This document shows, one piece after another, positions 1 to 10,576 of a stretch of DNA of 64,000 nucleotides. The position numbers and the translations under genes were made by a program. How positions within the stretch are numbered: position 1 is the stretch's first letter; the number at the start of each line of letters is the position of its first letter. The notes under the pieces were generated by a model that searched no databases, had not been told where the DNA came from, and saw only the letters and a program-made list of their open reading frames with translations. Source of the stretch: Azolla caroliniana (taxonomy: Eukaryota; Plantae; Polypodiophyta); assembly GCA_043228905.1 (NCBI GenBank), contig JBHGNT010000021.1, forward strand, positions 3,162,001-3,226,000, in the 5' to 3' direction.

Positions 1-89
1 GCAGACTCAAGTGACATGGGATGTCACATCTACATATAAAGGGGGACTGACAAAAACAATGCTATATTAAAATAGGAAATTAAACAGAC

Positions 90-689
90 CTGGGCAGCAT
101 ATGCCCCTTTGGAATCTTGAAAAGCCTCAGGAACAAGATTTAATCCACCGCATGAGGCGGCCTCAAACACGCCATATAGCTCCTTTGTCTCAACATTAAA
201 CAAAAACAATTTTGTTCCGGGAATGACTCGTTCCACGACATCTCTTTGAGCTACTGGAAGGCCCAAAACATGATAATGGAAACAATCCCTCATCGTTGCC
301 AAATTGCACAGGAAGACCAATCCCGAAGGCCTGGATCCTTCTCTGTTTACACCTTCTTGCCGAATAGTAGCATGGAATCGATACTCATCATCAGTCCTTT
401 GATGATGATGTTCAACATCAAAGTTTCTCCTTGATTTTGGTGAGCCCAAGTCTCTTCTTCCTGCTCTTTGAGGAGACTCAAAACCCCTTCTGTGTGTCCA
501 ACTTGGCGACCCGACACGGTTCCTTGATGGTGATTCCCATTTTCCTCTCTTTGATCTTCCAGGAGAGCCTATATCCCTTCGACGGAAATGCTCTATTGGC
601 GGAGACCCTCTTCCTCCGCCCAGTCGCCTTCTACCAGGAGAACCTCTTTCCCATGCCCGAGATGGTTTGGAGTGCATTCTCGAAGACAT
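90..689 (-). CDS. DCD (Development and Cell Death) domain protein, first coding exon; gene continues beyond the left window edge
   Basis: Translation contains SGLVFLCNLATMRDCFHYHVLGLP...VIPGTKLFLFNVETKELYGVFEAASCGGLNLVPEAF...YAAQ, the DCD-domain pattern. GT donor (CAG|gtctgt) after 90. AG acceptor just upstream of 721. A probable 5'UTR donor CAG|gtacgt near 2618 implies a ~1.9 kb 5'UTR intron. Confidence 0.9.
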
Positions 690-2894
690 GCTTCAAATGT
701 TCAAAGTTATATCACTAAATCCTGTAAAGCCAAACATAACATCAGATAAAAATCATGCAGACACGCTGATACTTTCCAGGCAATCTGGTCAAAACTGTAT
801 TAGATGTCAGTGGTATAGACCACATGACATTAAACTGTGTTGGATAGCCACTACTAATAACTATACACAGTTCAGTGGCCATAGCAAGCTCTCTGGAGAC
901 ATGGGGAATTTCGGACTATCTTATCTGTTTGAACAGCCCAGATAGAGAAAAGTGGACGAACACCATGGAAAACTAAAGGTCTCCTTGTTGAAAGTACCAT
1001 CTTCATCCAGTGGCAAAACGTGTGCACAACTGAGGACATGATTTTGTTGAATTAATTGAGTTGAATCAGATCCAGAATAAACCTTCCTTACTGGTCTCCC
1101 TTTTAATAAGATCGCAAAAGTGGTATCAGATTACATGACCTTACGATCCATCCATATGAAGTGAGCTATATTTTCCATCATTAAATGATCTCAAGAAAAT
1201 CATATTCATATAAGAACTGGCATTTCCTGTCTTTATAGCATGCCAATCATTAAGCAGAGGATCTTACATAAAGAGGGCCCTCCATGGGAGAACAGTTGAA
1301 GCACACTGAAGAAGAAATTGATCGAATCTATATAATATAAACAGAGGAAACCAGATAAATGTTCACATATAGACTTCTTCATGCTGTGTGAAAGGAATCT
1401 CCTTAAACATTTACCCAGGACCTGCTGAGAATGCAATCTGAGAGCAAAGAATTTATCTTTCTACTAGAGAAAAGAAAAGAAAATTTGAGAAACCAATAGG
1501 AACCACCTATTCTTCAATCCACTGAATCCTTATGATCCACAAATCTACAAAATGAAGAATACATTGAAGCATAATCTTTCGACCACAAGAAATGCTTGGA
1601 ATTCCTTTGCAAGCACTTATCTTTATCCAGTGAATAATGAATGGATCAAGAAATATATCTTCGTATGTAGAGAAAACAAAAAAAAACAATAATTCACATC
1701 TTGACCCTTTAAACACGCAGAAAGCTGCAAAAATCCATAGCAAGGACACCTATTCATTGCATTCACTGAGACTACAATTTTTAATGGAAAGATCAAATAT
1801 GTGCAAGAGAACTCTTCTTCCTCAGTGAAGTAACTCTTTTGAAAAGCTGTAGCACAAATGAAAACACCTTATTAGGGCATCCCCTCTGGTGCACTACCAT
1901 AGCAAATCAGAAACCATATGATAACATCAAAGAACTTCAGATCAAAGAAGAGATCGATGTGCAACAAAATTCTTCTTCTATTTTCTGCAAAAGTATTGGT
2001 TCTGAAAGAAACCATGGATAAGGGGGGAAATATGTCTTGCGTCCACATATACCACAATAAGAAAAATCAGAAACTACAATAACAAAATTTATAAAAATGA
2101 TAGGATGGCAACATAATCTTCTACATTGTTTCTGCAAAAACAAAATCTGAAATCGATAGTGAAAAATACAAATTGATGTCTATCATTCCGAATCAGAAAT
2201 AAAATACAGAAGAAAATCCGAGAATTAGGATGACACAACGTCATTCTGTCTGAGAAAGAGGAACGCGTCAGAAGTCCATGATGGAATTGGAAAAGAACGC
2301 CATTCTGTCTGCGTCCAATTGAGCAGGAATTCTGGGGATCCATGGTGATAGCAACAGAAAACGGGGGGGGGGGGGGGTGGGGAGAACAAATAACAGATAA
2401 ACCGGGGAAGGGGTACATGAAACGTCAGGAGAGCATTCATGACCAGAAGAAAAGAAAATATTGAGGTAGAATAGCGAGGAGGACGAAGAAGAAGAAGAAT
2501 CGTGATGAGAGGAGGAGGAGGAGGAGGGAGTTTTGAGGTAGGAGAAGGAAAGAGCCTGACCGAGGAGATGATGATGATGATGATGATGAAGCATGATAGA
2601 GGCAAAGAACACGTACCTGGGAAGCGATGGCGTTTCCTTCAGTCGAGATCCGCAGAGCAGGAGCAGGAGCAGGAGCAGGGACGATTCAGGAAGCCGAAGA
2701 AGAAGAAGAAGAAGAAGAAGAAGAAGGTCTGGTCTGTCTCCGTCTCTGATCATTCATTCTCGTCTCTTTTTTTCACCAAACAAAATACCAGAAATACCCC
2801 TCTCTCAATCCTTCATTTTTTTTTTTCCTTTTCCTCTTATTTATTTGGTTATCTATGTTTAGTTTCTTTTATTTTCGGTGATTTGGGTACATAT

Positions 2895-3523
2895 TAGGGA
2901 TCGGCAATGACTCGGCTCAAGCCTAAACCGGTTTTAAACAATTTAGCGGCTCAGCTTGGCTTGAGCCTAGCCAAACCATCTAAGCCGTTTAATCATTAGG
3001 GTTTAGAAAATAATTAGACAGTTAGAAATTTGAAGTTAGAAAGCCATAGGCAACAGACTATTGAGTGACGAGAGAGGGAGAGGGTGGGGGGCATGTCAAA
3101 ATTGGAGAAGGATTGGATCACTGAGAGTGAGAGGTCGTCGTAGCCTCGAGACTCGTGGTTCAGGTGGTGGGAGGCATGGGATTCGTGGATGCTAGCCGAC
3201 CAATCGTAGTAGTCTACGAAGAGGGAGTTGTGGAGGTGGGACTTGGAGTTGAATTCGGACTCATCGGTGGTAAGGCCAAGGGGGTGGGAGTTATGAGGAG
3301 GAGGAGAAGAGTAGAAGTGGTAGTGGTATTTTTTAGGTTTCTTCACACCTCTAAAGCTTTTTTGTCCCAAACCGACTCACAAACCGAATCCCAAAGTGGT
3401 TTAGGGATCGGTTTGGTTTTGTTTGGTTCAAGTTTGAGAACCCCAAAATGATTTAGGATTAACTAGTTTGGATTGGATAAGGCCAAACTAGTTAAGCCTA
3501 AACCAAACTCTTGCCGATTCCTA
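2895..3523. mobile_element. Non-autonomous hAT-type MITE (629 bp)
   Basis: TIRs TAGGGATCGGCAA / TTGCCGATTCCTA. Perfect 8-bp TSD GTACATAT at 2887-2894 and 3524-3531. Subterminal AAACCG/GGCT motifs. Confidence 0.9.
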
Positions 3524-4139
3524 GTACATATCCCATTTTCTTGTAAACCAATTGTCTCATGGGCCAAATTTGGTCTTAGAGGACATTAATATATCTATCT
3601 TTCTTTCTTATTTTCTTCTCTTCTTTCCTTTTTGTTCCTCCTCTATTCCCCCCAAAAAGTGGCATGTGCTTCCTGCTTCAAAACTCAATCAATCCATCCA
3701 TCCCAACATTCACACATGTCATTGTTCTCTCTTACATCAATCGAGCACGTGCTTAATCTGGCCACATGTTCCTTAAGTTTTGGTCGGGTCTTCAATAATC
3801 GACATCATAGTACAATCAATTCCGCTATTGTCTGAACGTTAGTTAACTAAGTTGTTTCATCATGGCAACAACCAAACAAAAACAAGAGTCGCATTCTCAC
3901 AAACACAAAAAAATAACGTCGCGAGTCAAATATATCAACTCATTGGGAGTGGTCTTTTTTGTGTTTCGACCATTTTCTTTTAATGTTACAAGATGATAAT
4001 GTTGACACAATTAATTACATGGGAGAAGCAAAAATATGAAAAATATGATCTAGCTTTAATGATTGTTTTCACAAGCTTAATAAAAATGTTGGCATCTTTT
4101 CTTTTCTTTTTCCAAAAAAAACTACTTTCCCATTAGTTG

Positions 4140-4620
4140 GGAGAGATTATTACAGAAAGGCTATACAAGGTAGCTTATACATAAATTGGGGAATCACCCT
4201 CCAATTGAGTTCAAGAATACGAGACCCTTTCAAACTAATTACTTAATGTAAGTAGGTACCTATAGCTATAAACTAGTGCCCTTCATCATTGGCTAGTACA
4301 AGCCGAATCATGTGACCTATAATGAAGGGAGGCTGGGAGGTGAGTGGGAAACAATTAGTGTGGGGGCTGGTAGTTCCACCTCGGGTTGTTGGAGTGGCCA
4401 CAAAGCTCGTCCAATTGCCTTCGTAGGCAGTTGATAATCGTGAACCATATATCCATGATTAGTTCCTCTGGGGGGGCATGCCAGATATTGGAAGACCTTT
4501 AGGCAACGTGCTTTCCATACATACCATATGGTGAAGCTTGCGATCAACATCCAAATCTACCAGAATTGAGGGGATGCAGTCTTCAAGCCTCTCTCAAATC
4601 AGGTCTTGACGTCTGCCTCT
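4140..4620 (-). mobile_element. Decayed 3' fragment of an L1-type LINE
   Basis: Minus-strand peptide FTIWYVWKARCLKVFQ resembles the W..W..RN..VF motif at the C-terminus of plant L1 ORF2. Boundaries approximate. Confidence 0.55.
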
Positions 4621-6386
4621 TAAAAATGTTATTGTTTGGAAAGTGTGACGTCTACCTCTTCAAGAAATAGGATTAATGTAGCTTAGTAATAATCTTGTTG
4701 TCATTAAATAAATCTTTATTAATTAGGTATGTTACTTTTAAACTCAAAATAACAATGGATGCACGTGTATAGTTGGATATGAGTGAGTGAGTTAGTGTGT
4801 GTGGTTGAAATTATTATTACCCTACATTAAGCATATGGAGTCATTTTCATGTCACCTTAAAACAAGGAATTACTTTAAATTTTGTGAAACATGATTTGCA
4901 AAGTCTAGCTTTTAGGCAACATTGTCTCTGTTATGGGAATGGTGAATGTTGATTCTTGACCACCGTGAACTAACTTTAGGATGGGCGTGTCAAAATCAAA
5001 GTTGATGATTAAGAAGACAATGCCCAATATTATTTTGATTTCCGACTCATGGGCGAAGTCTTAATCTTCAAATGCAATTTTTGTGTTGTTCACACCATGG
5101 TTGTCAACCCTTGAACAAAAGACAATGTTATAATTTTCAATCACTTGATTGTGTAGATTATGAAAAGTGAGTTCGTAAACTTTTAGAGGGCACACTCTCA
5201 AGCAAAGATTTATGAATGAACTTAGAATGAATGCAACATGAAAATATCTACTTAAGAACTACAAGGGTTTTTTTCTGTTGTGAGTGAACTTTAACAAAAA
5301 TTGGCAAAGCCTTTGAAATCTAGCCTTTTGAAAGAGGGGTGATGTTGCATGCACGACCCAGCTCTAAACTATCACCCATGCATCATGATTCATGACCATC
5401 CATGACATGCTCATCACTATCAATGATCAACCATTAGCTTGTAAACCATCCATTTTATGTAAAAGGAAGTTTGATCAAGAGGGAGAGAGCTACTTTGTTA
5501 GGCGAAGTGATTCCAAGATAAATAAATTATCACATGGAATTAAAACAAATACAAAAGAGACAATCTTAAACCAACGGAGGGGCACTCCTTTGATAACTTG
5601 AGTTCATGACCAAATTCATTTTTATAGATTTTCATTAAAACAACACAACTCATAACTTTGAGTTTAAGTTTTACATTCTCATTTCGAAGTAAATTCTGTG
5701 ATGTTATTGGTAAAAGCAAACTTGAACTATGGTTGATATTAGATAACTAAATTAGGATAAATAGGGAATGGATGTTAATCAATAAGTTAAACAAAGCTAA
5801 ATGAAAAACGTGAGGACATTCTTCCCTTGCCTATTTTTCTTATTTTGAAGAAGTTGTACACATTACCAATTTCCCCATTATCAAAGCAAATGGTTCCAAG
5901 ACCATCTTTTCTTTTATGGATTTCTTGACAAGAAATTGGTCAAGGTTGTGTGAGGGGCACCAACTTCACCAAGCAACAAGGGGACACTAGCACTCTTTGT
6001 ATAGAATTTTTAACGAAAATGCAAAAGCAAATTCGCAGTGGCAGTTTTTGCTCACATATTAAGTGAAGACCAAAACCCAATATGAGTTATATATATATTC
6101 TATGTATTCACGAGGGTAGTTACCGCTCACATATTAAGTGAAGACCAAAACCCACCATTAGTTATAAACTTATACATATACATATATGTATGTATTTGTC
6201 CACTTCCCTTGCTCTCTATCTCTCGCTCCCTCCTTTTTATCATAATTAGCTTAACCTAGTGATAAGTTGTTACACTATAAGCACTACATATTGGGTTTGA
6301 AATCCAAAATTTTCACCTCTCTATTACTTCATACATACATTGGGCAACCTTACCAATTGAGCTACATCCATCTCGGCATGTACTCT

Positions 6387-6419
<33 letters not shown>

Positions 6420-6569
6420 AAACATAGACACAAACACACAATTGCACGACACGTGCTATTACTGTCAAGTTCACCGTAAGTTGCATGAGAGTCATGCCCT
6501 CACAACACCATCTCATTCCATTTCCGACTAGCAAAAAGAAGGGCATACCATACTCTGACATGTCTTCGG

Positions 6570-6621
<52 letters not shown>

Positions 6622-7000
6622 ATTAAGACCCCCTTAAATATGCATTCGATTGATGGCCCTCTGGAAATTCGATCGTTGGCCCTCCTTTCTGGCAGGGGTC
6701 AATGAACATTGTCTTTCGCATGATGATGTAAACAATGAGACACATTTTGCTACCCCAAAGCGAACATATAAGTTAAAACGTACAATATTGAGTGGTGGTA
6801 GAAATTTGTAGGGAGTCTAGTTTGGATTGGGTGTACTTATTTTCCGAAGGAGAGGAGTTGGAACTTGGAGAAGTGAAGAAATAAACAGAAGAGGGGTATT
6901 TTTTGGAGAATTAGGTAAAAGTTTGGAGGGTGGGTAAGGCGAGGGTATGAAATTGAATTGTGTAATTTTGTTTATTTTGTCACGTGCTCAATAAGCATGA

Positions 7001-7027
7001 ACTAACGGCTATTTGAGCAACGGTCAC
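7001..7027 (+). promoter_or_regulatory. Two MSA (mitosis-specific activator, MYB3R-binding) elements
   Basis: actAACGGct and gcAACGGtc lie ~300 bp upstream of the syntaxin ATG. Paired AACGG cores are the established MSA signature of G2/M genes such as KNOLLE. Confidence 0.7.
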
Positions 7028-7082
7028 GCCCTCCCCTCTTTTTCTCCCACGCAGAGAGAAACAGAGACGCAGAAGAGAAGCA

Positions 7083-7300
7083 GATTAGGGTTTGGCCGAA
7101 CAAGACTGACGAAGATTAGGGTTTGGCTGAACAAGAGTGAAAAGCAGATTAGGGTTTGGCTGAACAAGAGTGGAAAGCAGATTAGGGTTTGGCTGAACAA
7201 GAGTGGAGAAGATTAGGGTTTGGCTGAACAAGAGTGAAGAAGGTTAGGGTTTTGGCTGAGCAAGAGTGGAAAGCAGATCAGGAGTTTAGCAGAAGAAGAT
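7083..7300 (+). repeat. Tandem 31-35 bp repeat (about 6 copies plus a degenerate one) carrying a telo-box
   Basis: Unit GATTAGGGTTTGGCTGAACAAGAGTG(G/A)A(A/G)(A/G).. repeated directly upstream of the ATG at 7310. Each unit has TAGGGTTT (telo-box AAACCCTA on the - strand). Confidence 0.9.
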
Positions 7301-7309
7301 CAGGGAAGG

Positions 7310-8332
7310 ATGAACGACCTGCTGGGCGTGAAGCCAAGCAGCTTCTCCATTAATCCTGCGGAGTATGTGGACCTAAAGAAAGATATAGAAATGGGACAGT
7401 CGCCTCGCCCTGCTCATGATGCCGATGAGGAGAAGAAGAAGCAGAAGAAGAAAAGGAAAAAGAAGGCGAAGAAGGCGACGAAACCTAACCAAACCATCGA
7501 CCATAGCCTCACCCTCTTCTTCGGCGAAGTGGACACCGTGAAAACAGAGATGCAGAAGGTACGGGAGCTTCTCGTGAGGCTGCAGAGCTCTCACGAAGAG
7601 ACCAAGAAACCTCACAAAGCAGACGCCATGAAAGAGATCCGAGAGAGAATGGACGGAGATGTGGGAGAGGTCCTTCGGAAAGTGAAATCCATCAAAGCAA
7701 AGCTAGAAGAGATGGAGAAGAGCAGGTCGAATCAGGAGGAGGAGGATCGTGGATATGATTACAGTGCAGCAACAACAACGATGGATAGGACCAGGTGCTC
7801 GATCGCAGCTTCTCTGAGGAAGAAGCTGAAGGATCTGATGCAGGAGTTCCAAGAGCTAAGGGAGAAGGTAATGTCGGAAAACAGGGAGGCGGTGCAGCGC
7901 AGGATCTACACGGTGACGGGCCGGGCGTTGGACGATGCTTCGGTGGATCGGATGATCAACACAGGGGAGAGTGAGAGGTTCCTGCAGAGGGCAATCCAAG
8001 AGCAAGGGAAAGGGCGGGCGGTCGAGAGCGTGGTGGTCGAGATACAGGAGCGGCACGACGCCGTGAAGGACGTGTGCCACAGCCTCTTGGAGCTCCACCA
8101 ATTGTTCCTCGACATGTCGGTGCTTGTCGAATCGCAAGGGGAGCACCTCGATAGTATCCAGCACCATGTGAGCATGGCCAATGCGTATGTCGACAGCGGA
8201 ACCGGACAGCTCAGGTCCGCCAAGAAGAGCCGGAGCCATACTCGGAAATGGGTTGTCGCCTCCATCGTTATCCTCCTCATCCTCATCACTGTCATTCTCA
8301 TTCCAGTCCTCAAGAGCTTCAAGACCTCCTAA
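7310..8332 (+). CDS. SYP111: Qa-SNARE syntaxin of the SYP1 group, KNOLLE/SYP11-like; single exon
   Basis: 340 aa ORF. N-terminus MNDLL...YVDLKK is KNOLLE-like. It has Habc helices, the SNARE motif EIQERHDAVKDV..SLLELHQLFLDMSVLVESQGEHLDSI and a C-terminal TM anchor. It is intronless and has upstream MSA elements. Family assignment is firm; exact orthology is inferred. Confidence 0.88.
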   Translation: MNDLLGVKPSSFSINPAEYVDLKKDIEMGQSPRPAHDADEEKKKQKKKRKKKAKKATKPNQTIDHSLTLFFGEVDTVKTEMQKVRELLVRLQSSHEETKKPHKADAMKEIRERMDGDVGEVLRKVKSIKAKLEEMEKSRSNQEEEDRGYDYSAATTTMDRTRCSIAASLRKKLKDLMQEFQELREKVMSENREAVQRRIYTVTGRALDDASVDRMINTGESERFLQRAIQEQGKGRAVESVVVEIQERHDAVKDVCHSLLELHQLFLDMSVLVESQGEHLDSIQHHVSMANAYVDSGTGQLRSAKKSRSHTRKWVVASIVILLILITVILIPVLKSFKTS

Positions 8333-10556
8333 GAACAGAACTGACTCGAATTCAACAGCTTCAAAACCCCCCCCCCTTCCCCCCCTACATTTGTTGTAGT
8401 TATTCTTATTTAAGAGCTTGTAGCCAACACCCCCCCCCCCCCCCCCCCCCCCACAAGACCTTAATATTCTGATTTTCAACTCATTTCTATCACTTTGATC
8501 TATTTCTCCTTGATGCTTGTAAAAATGGAAGTTCAGTGTGCTCTCACAATCTTGAGTGAGGCCCAAATTTGAGGTTTTTGGGTTTTTTTTGTGGGTTTTC
8601 TGAGAGGGTCCCATCTAATCAACCAACCATCAATTGTTGTCCATGTCATTACAAGGTCCAAGAAGCCATAGATAGGATCTCTAGAACTTATGGGGATTAA
8701 AAAACTTTCAAATGTTCCATCTTATCAGTTTGATCGATTAACAGACAAGCAAAGCACAGTTTTTGCATGTTTATGACATTGATTGGAATGATCTTGAAGC
8801 AATCTGGTCTAGCACATTTGATTTTTTGGGTTGTGGGTTGGAACCATCCTTTTGTCCATGTATTCCTTTAATTACAAGCCTCAGCAACTAATCAAATACA
8901 ATATTTGGTAATGAATACGATTCCATTTACAAAAGTTAAAAATTGTTCTGAATAACTTCCCTTACTACTATGTATCTCCTTTGTTTTGATACTACTTTTG
9001 ATATTTCCTTTCAGGCATTGCAATTTTATTTCATTACCATCTTTTGTCTATGAATGCTTATCATTACAATCAATATTTTTGCGCCTTTATTATTTCATTG
9101 CATGCATTGTAACCTTATTTGTATAACTCTTTGCTTCTTGTGTTAGATTTATATATGCCTCTATACATATTGTAATGGTTGTGATAGATATGAGGGGGCA
9201 TCTTTTGTTTTGTGCTATTGATCTAAAGTATATGGGATCACATTGCATCATTTACATTTACATCACTCCCCTATCTAAAGTTTGATTTTTGGACCTACTC
9301 TTTATCTAAAGTTTGATTTTTGGACCTACTCTTCAAGGAAACTCTGCTAATCAACCTGTCAACATGTTCCCAAGACGTTCTATTGATCCATGCGGATAGA
9401 ATTATCATTCGTAAGTGAAACTCTTGGCTACCAATCTTCTAGCTAAGTCATTCTTTTAGGGTGAAATATATACATTCTAGTGAGAAGAGAAGATTGCAAA
9501 ATGGTACTCAAATAGGAATCTAACAATGACTTTAACATGCATTGTGCTCCATCAAGAGCTTAGAGTAGGCAAAATGCCCCTCCTATATATGGTTGGATAT
9601 GCATAGTTGTAATACCTTAAAAATCTAGTCATACTCACACTAACTCTTTCCCATTGTCACTTCATTTGGAATTGTAATGCTTGTTTGTCCACACTACATA
9701 TCATAACTACACTAATGTTACATTCACCCACATGTATGTTGACATTGTCCCTTTAACATTCATGGACCTTGTCCATTTTCCATGTTATCATTCCAAACTA
9801 ACCACATTGATTCAATGCCATAGTTTCACAAAAGTTGTAAAGTTTCTAGTTGTCAAAGAGTGGAGTTTCCTCCCTTCGCAACAATGATATGTTAAACATC
9901 GAGTGAAGGCAATTAGATTTAGCAACCTAACTTGATCCAACCAAACAAGTGAAAACGAGTAGCGTCGACAATAGAATAAAAGATGCTAATATGTTATCGC
10001 ATTTAGAATTGTGAATAGTTCTTACTTGCCAATCTCGAACTTTTGAAATTGGATTGGTGTTTTTTTGGAGATTTATTGTGTTGTTGCATAACAAGTACAA
10101 GCTTCCAGTAGTATTGAAATGCACACAAGCAATTGTGTGCGTGCGTGCGCGTGCTGATACTAGACCTAGGAACGAACTCTTGTATAGGTTCTTCACAAGG
10201 CAAAAGAGAAGGCTCTTATGTTTACAAGTTTTTCAAAACATTTGGTAGGTTTTGAAGGTTTTATGAAAACGTATTAGCTACATTGCAAACAAGGTTATTG
10301 AAAGATTAACACACATTTCAAAGAACTTACAGATAATTAATACTGCATTGAAATAGGCATATGCCGATGTTGAAAGATAAGGTCGGCCACAATTATCTAT
10401 TTTTTAATGAAGCACTTTAAGCATCAAATGGAGAGCTTTTGAATCCGGTCTTGTACGGCAATATGTGTTTTTATAAGTAGACAACGAATTATACAGATAT
10501 GCAAGGGAGCGGATTCCTTCAAGATTTCACATATGAGGGGGGGCACCCATGGGGCT

Positions 10557-10576
10557 AGAAGGTTCCGGAACGTTCC
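10557..10576 (+). promoter_or_regulatory. Perfect four-unit heat shock element upstream of the BAP31-like gene
   Basis: aGAAggTTCcgGAAcgTTCc matches nGAAnnTTCnnGAAnnTTC. It lies ~200 bp upstream of the pyrimidine-rich putative first exon. Confidence 0.7.

Noticed and set aside
2225-2897. Several 90-160 aa ORFs with poly-K/M/G/L/H tracts
   Set aside because: They are translations of GAA/GAT/GGA microsatellites in the DCD leader and first intron; no domain content.
7083-7300. CRISPR-like array of ~32-bp repeats
   Set aside because: Units are contiguous with no unique spacers, the context is eukaryotic, and no cas genes are present.
8428-8452. Long poly-C/poly-G runs (also 2362-2383 and 51976-52000) as functional G-quadruplexes
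   Set aside because: Simple homopolymers common in this window, of unreliable length; no supporting evidence.
7856-8614. 252-aa antisense ORF over the syntaxin
   Set aside because: Shadow ORF of a GC-rich coding strand; no recognisable motifs.
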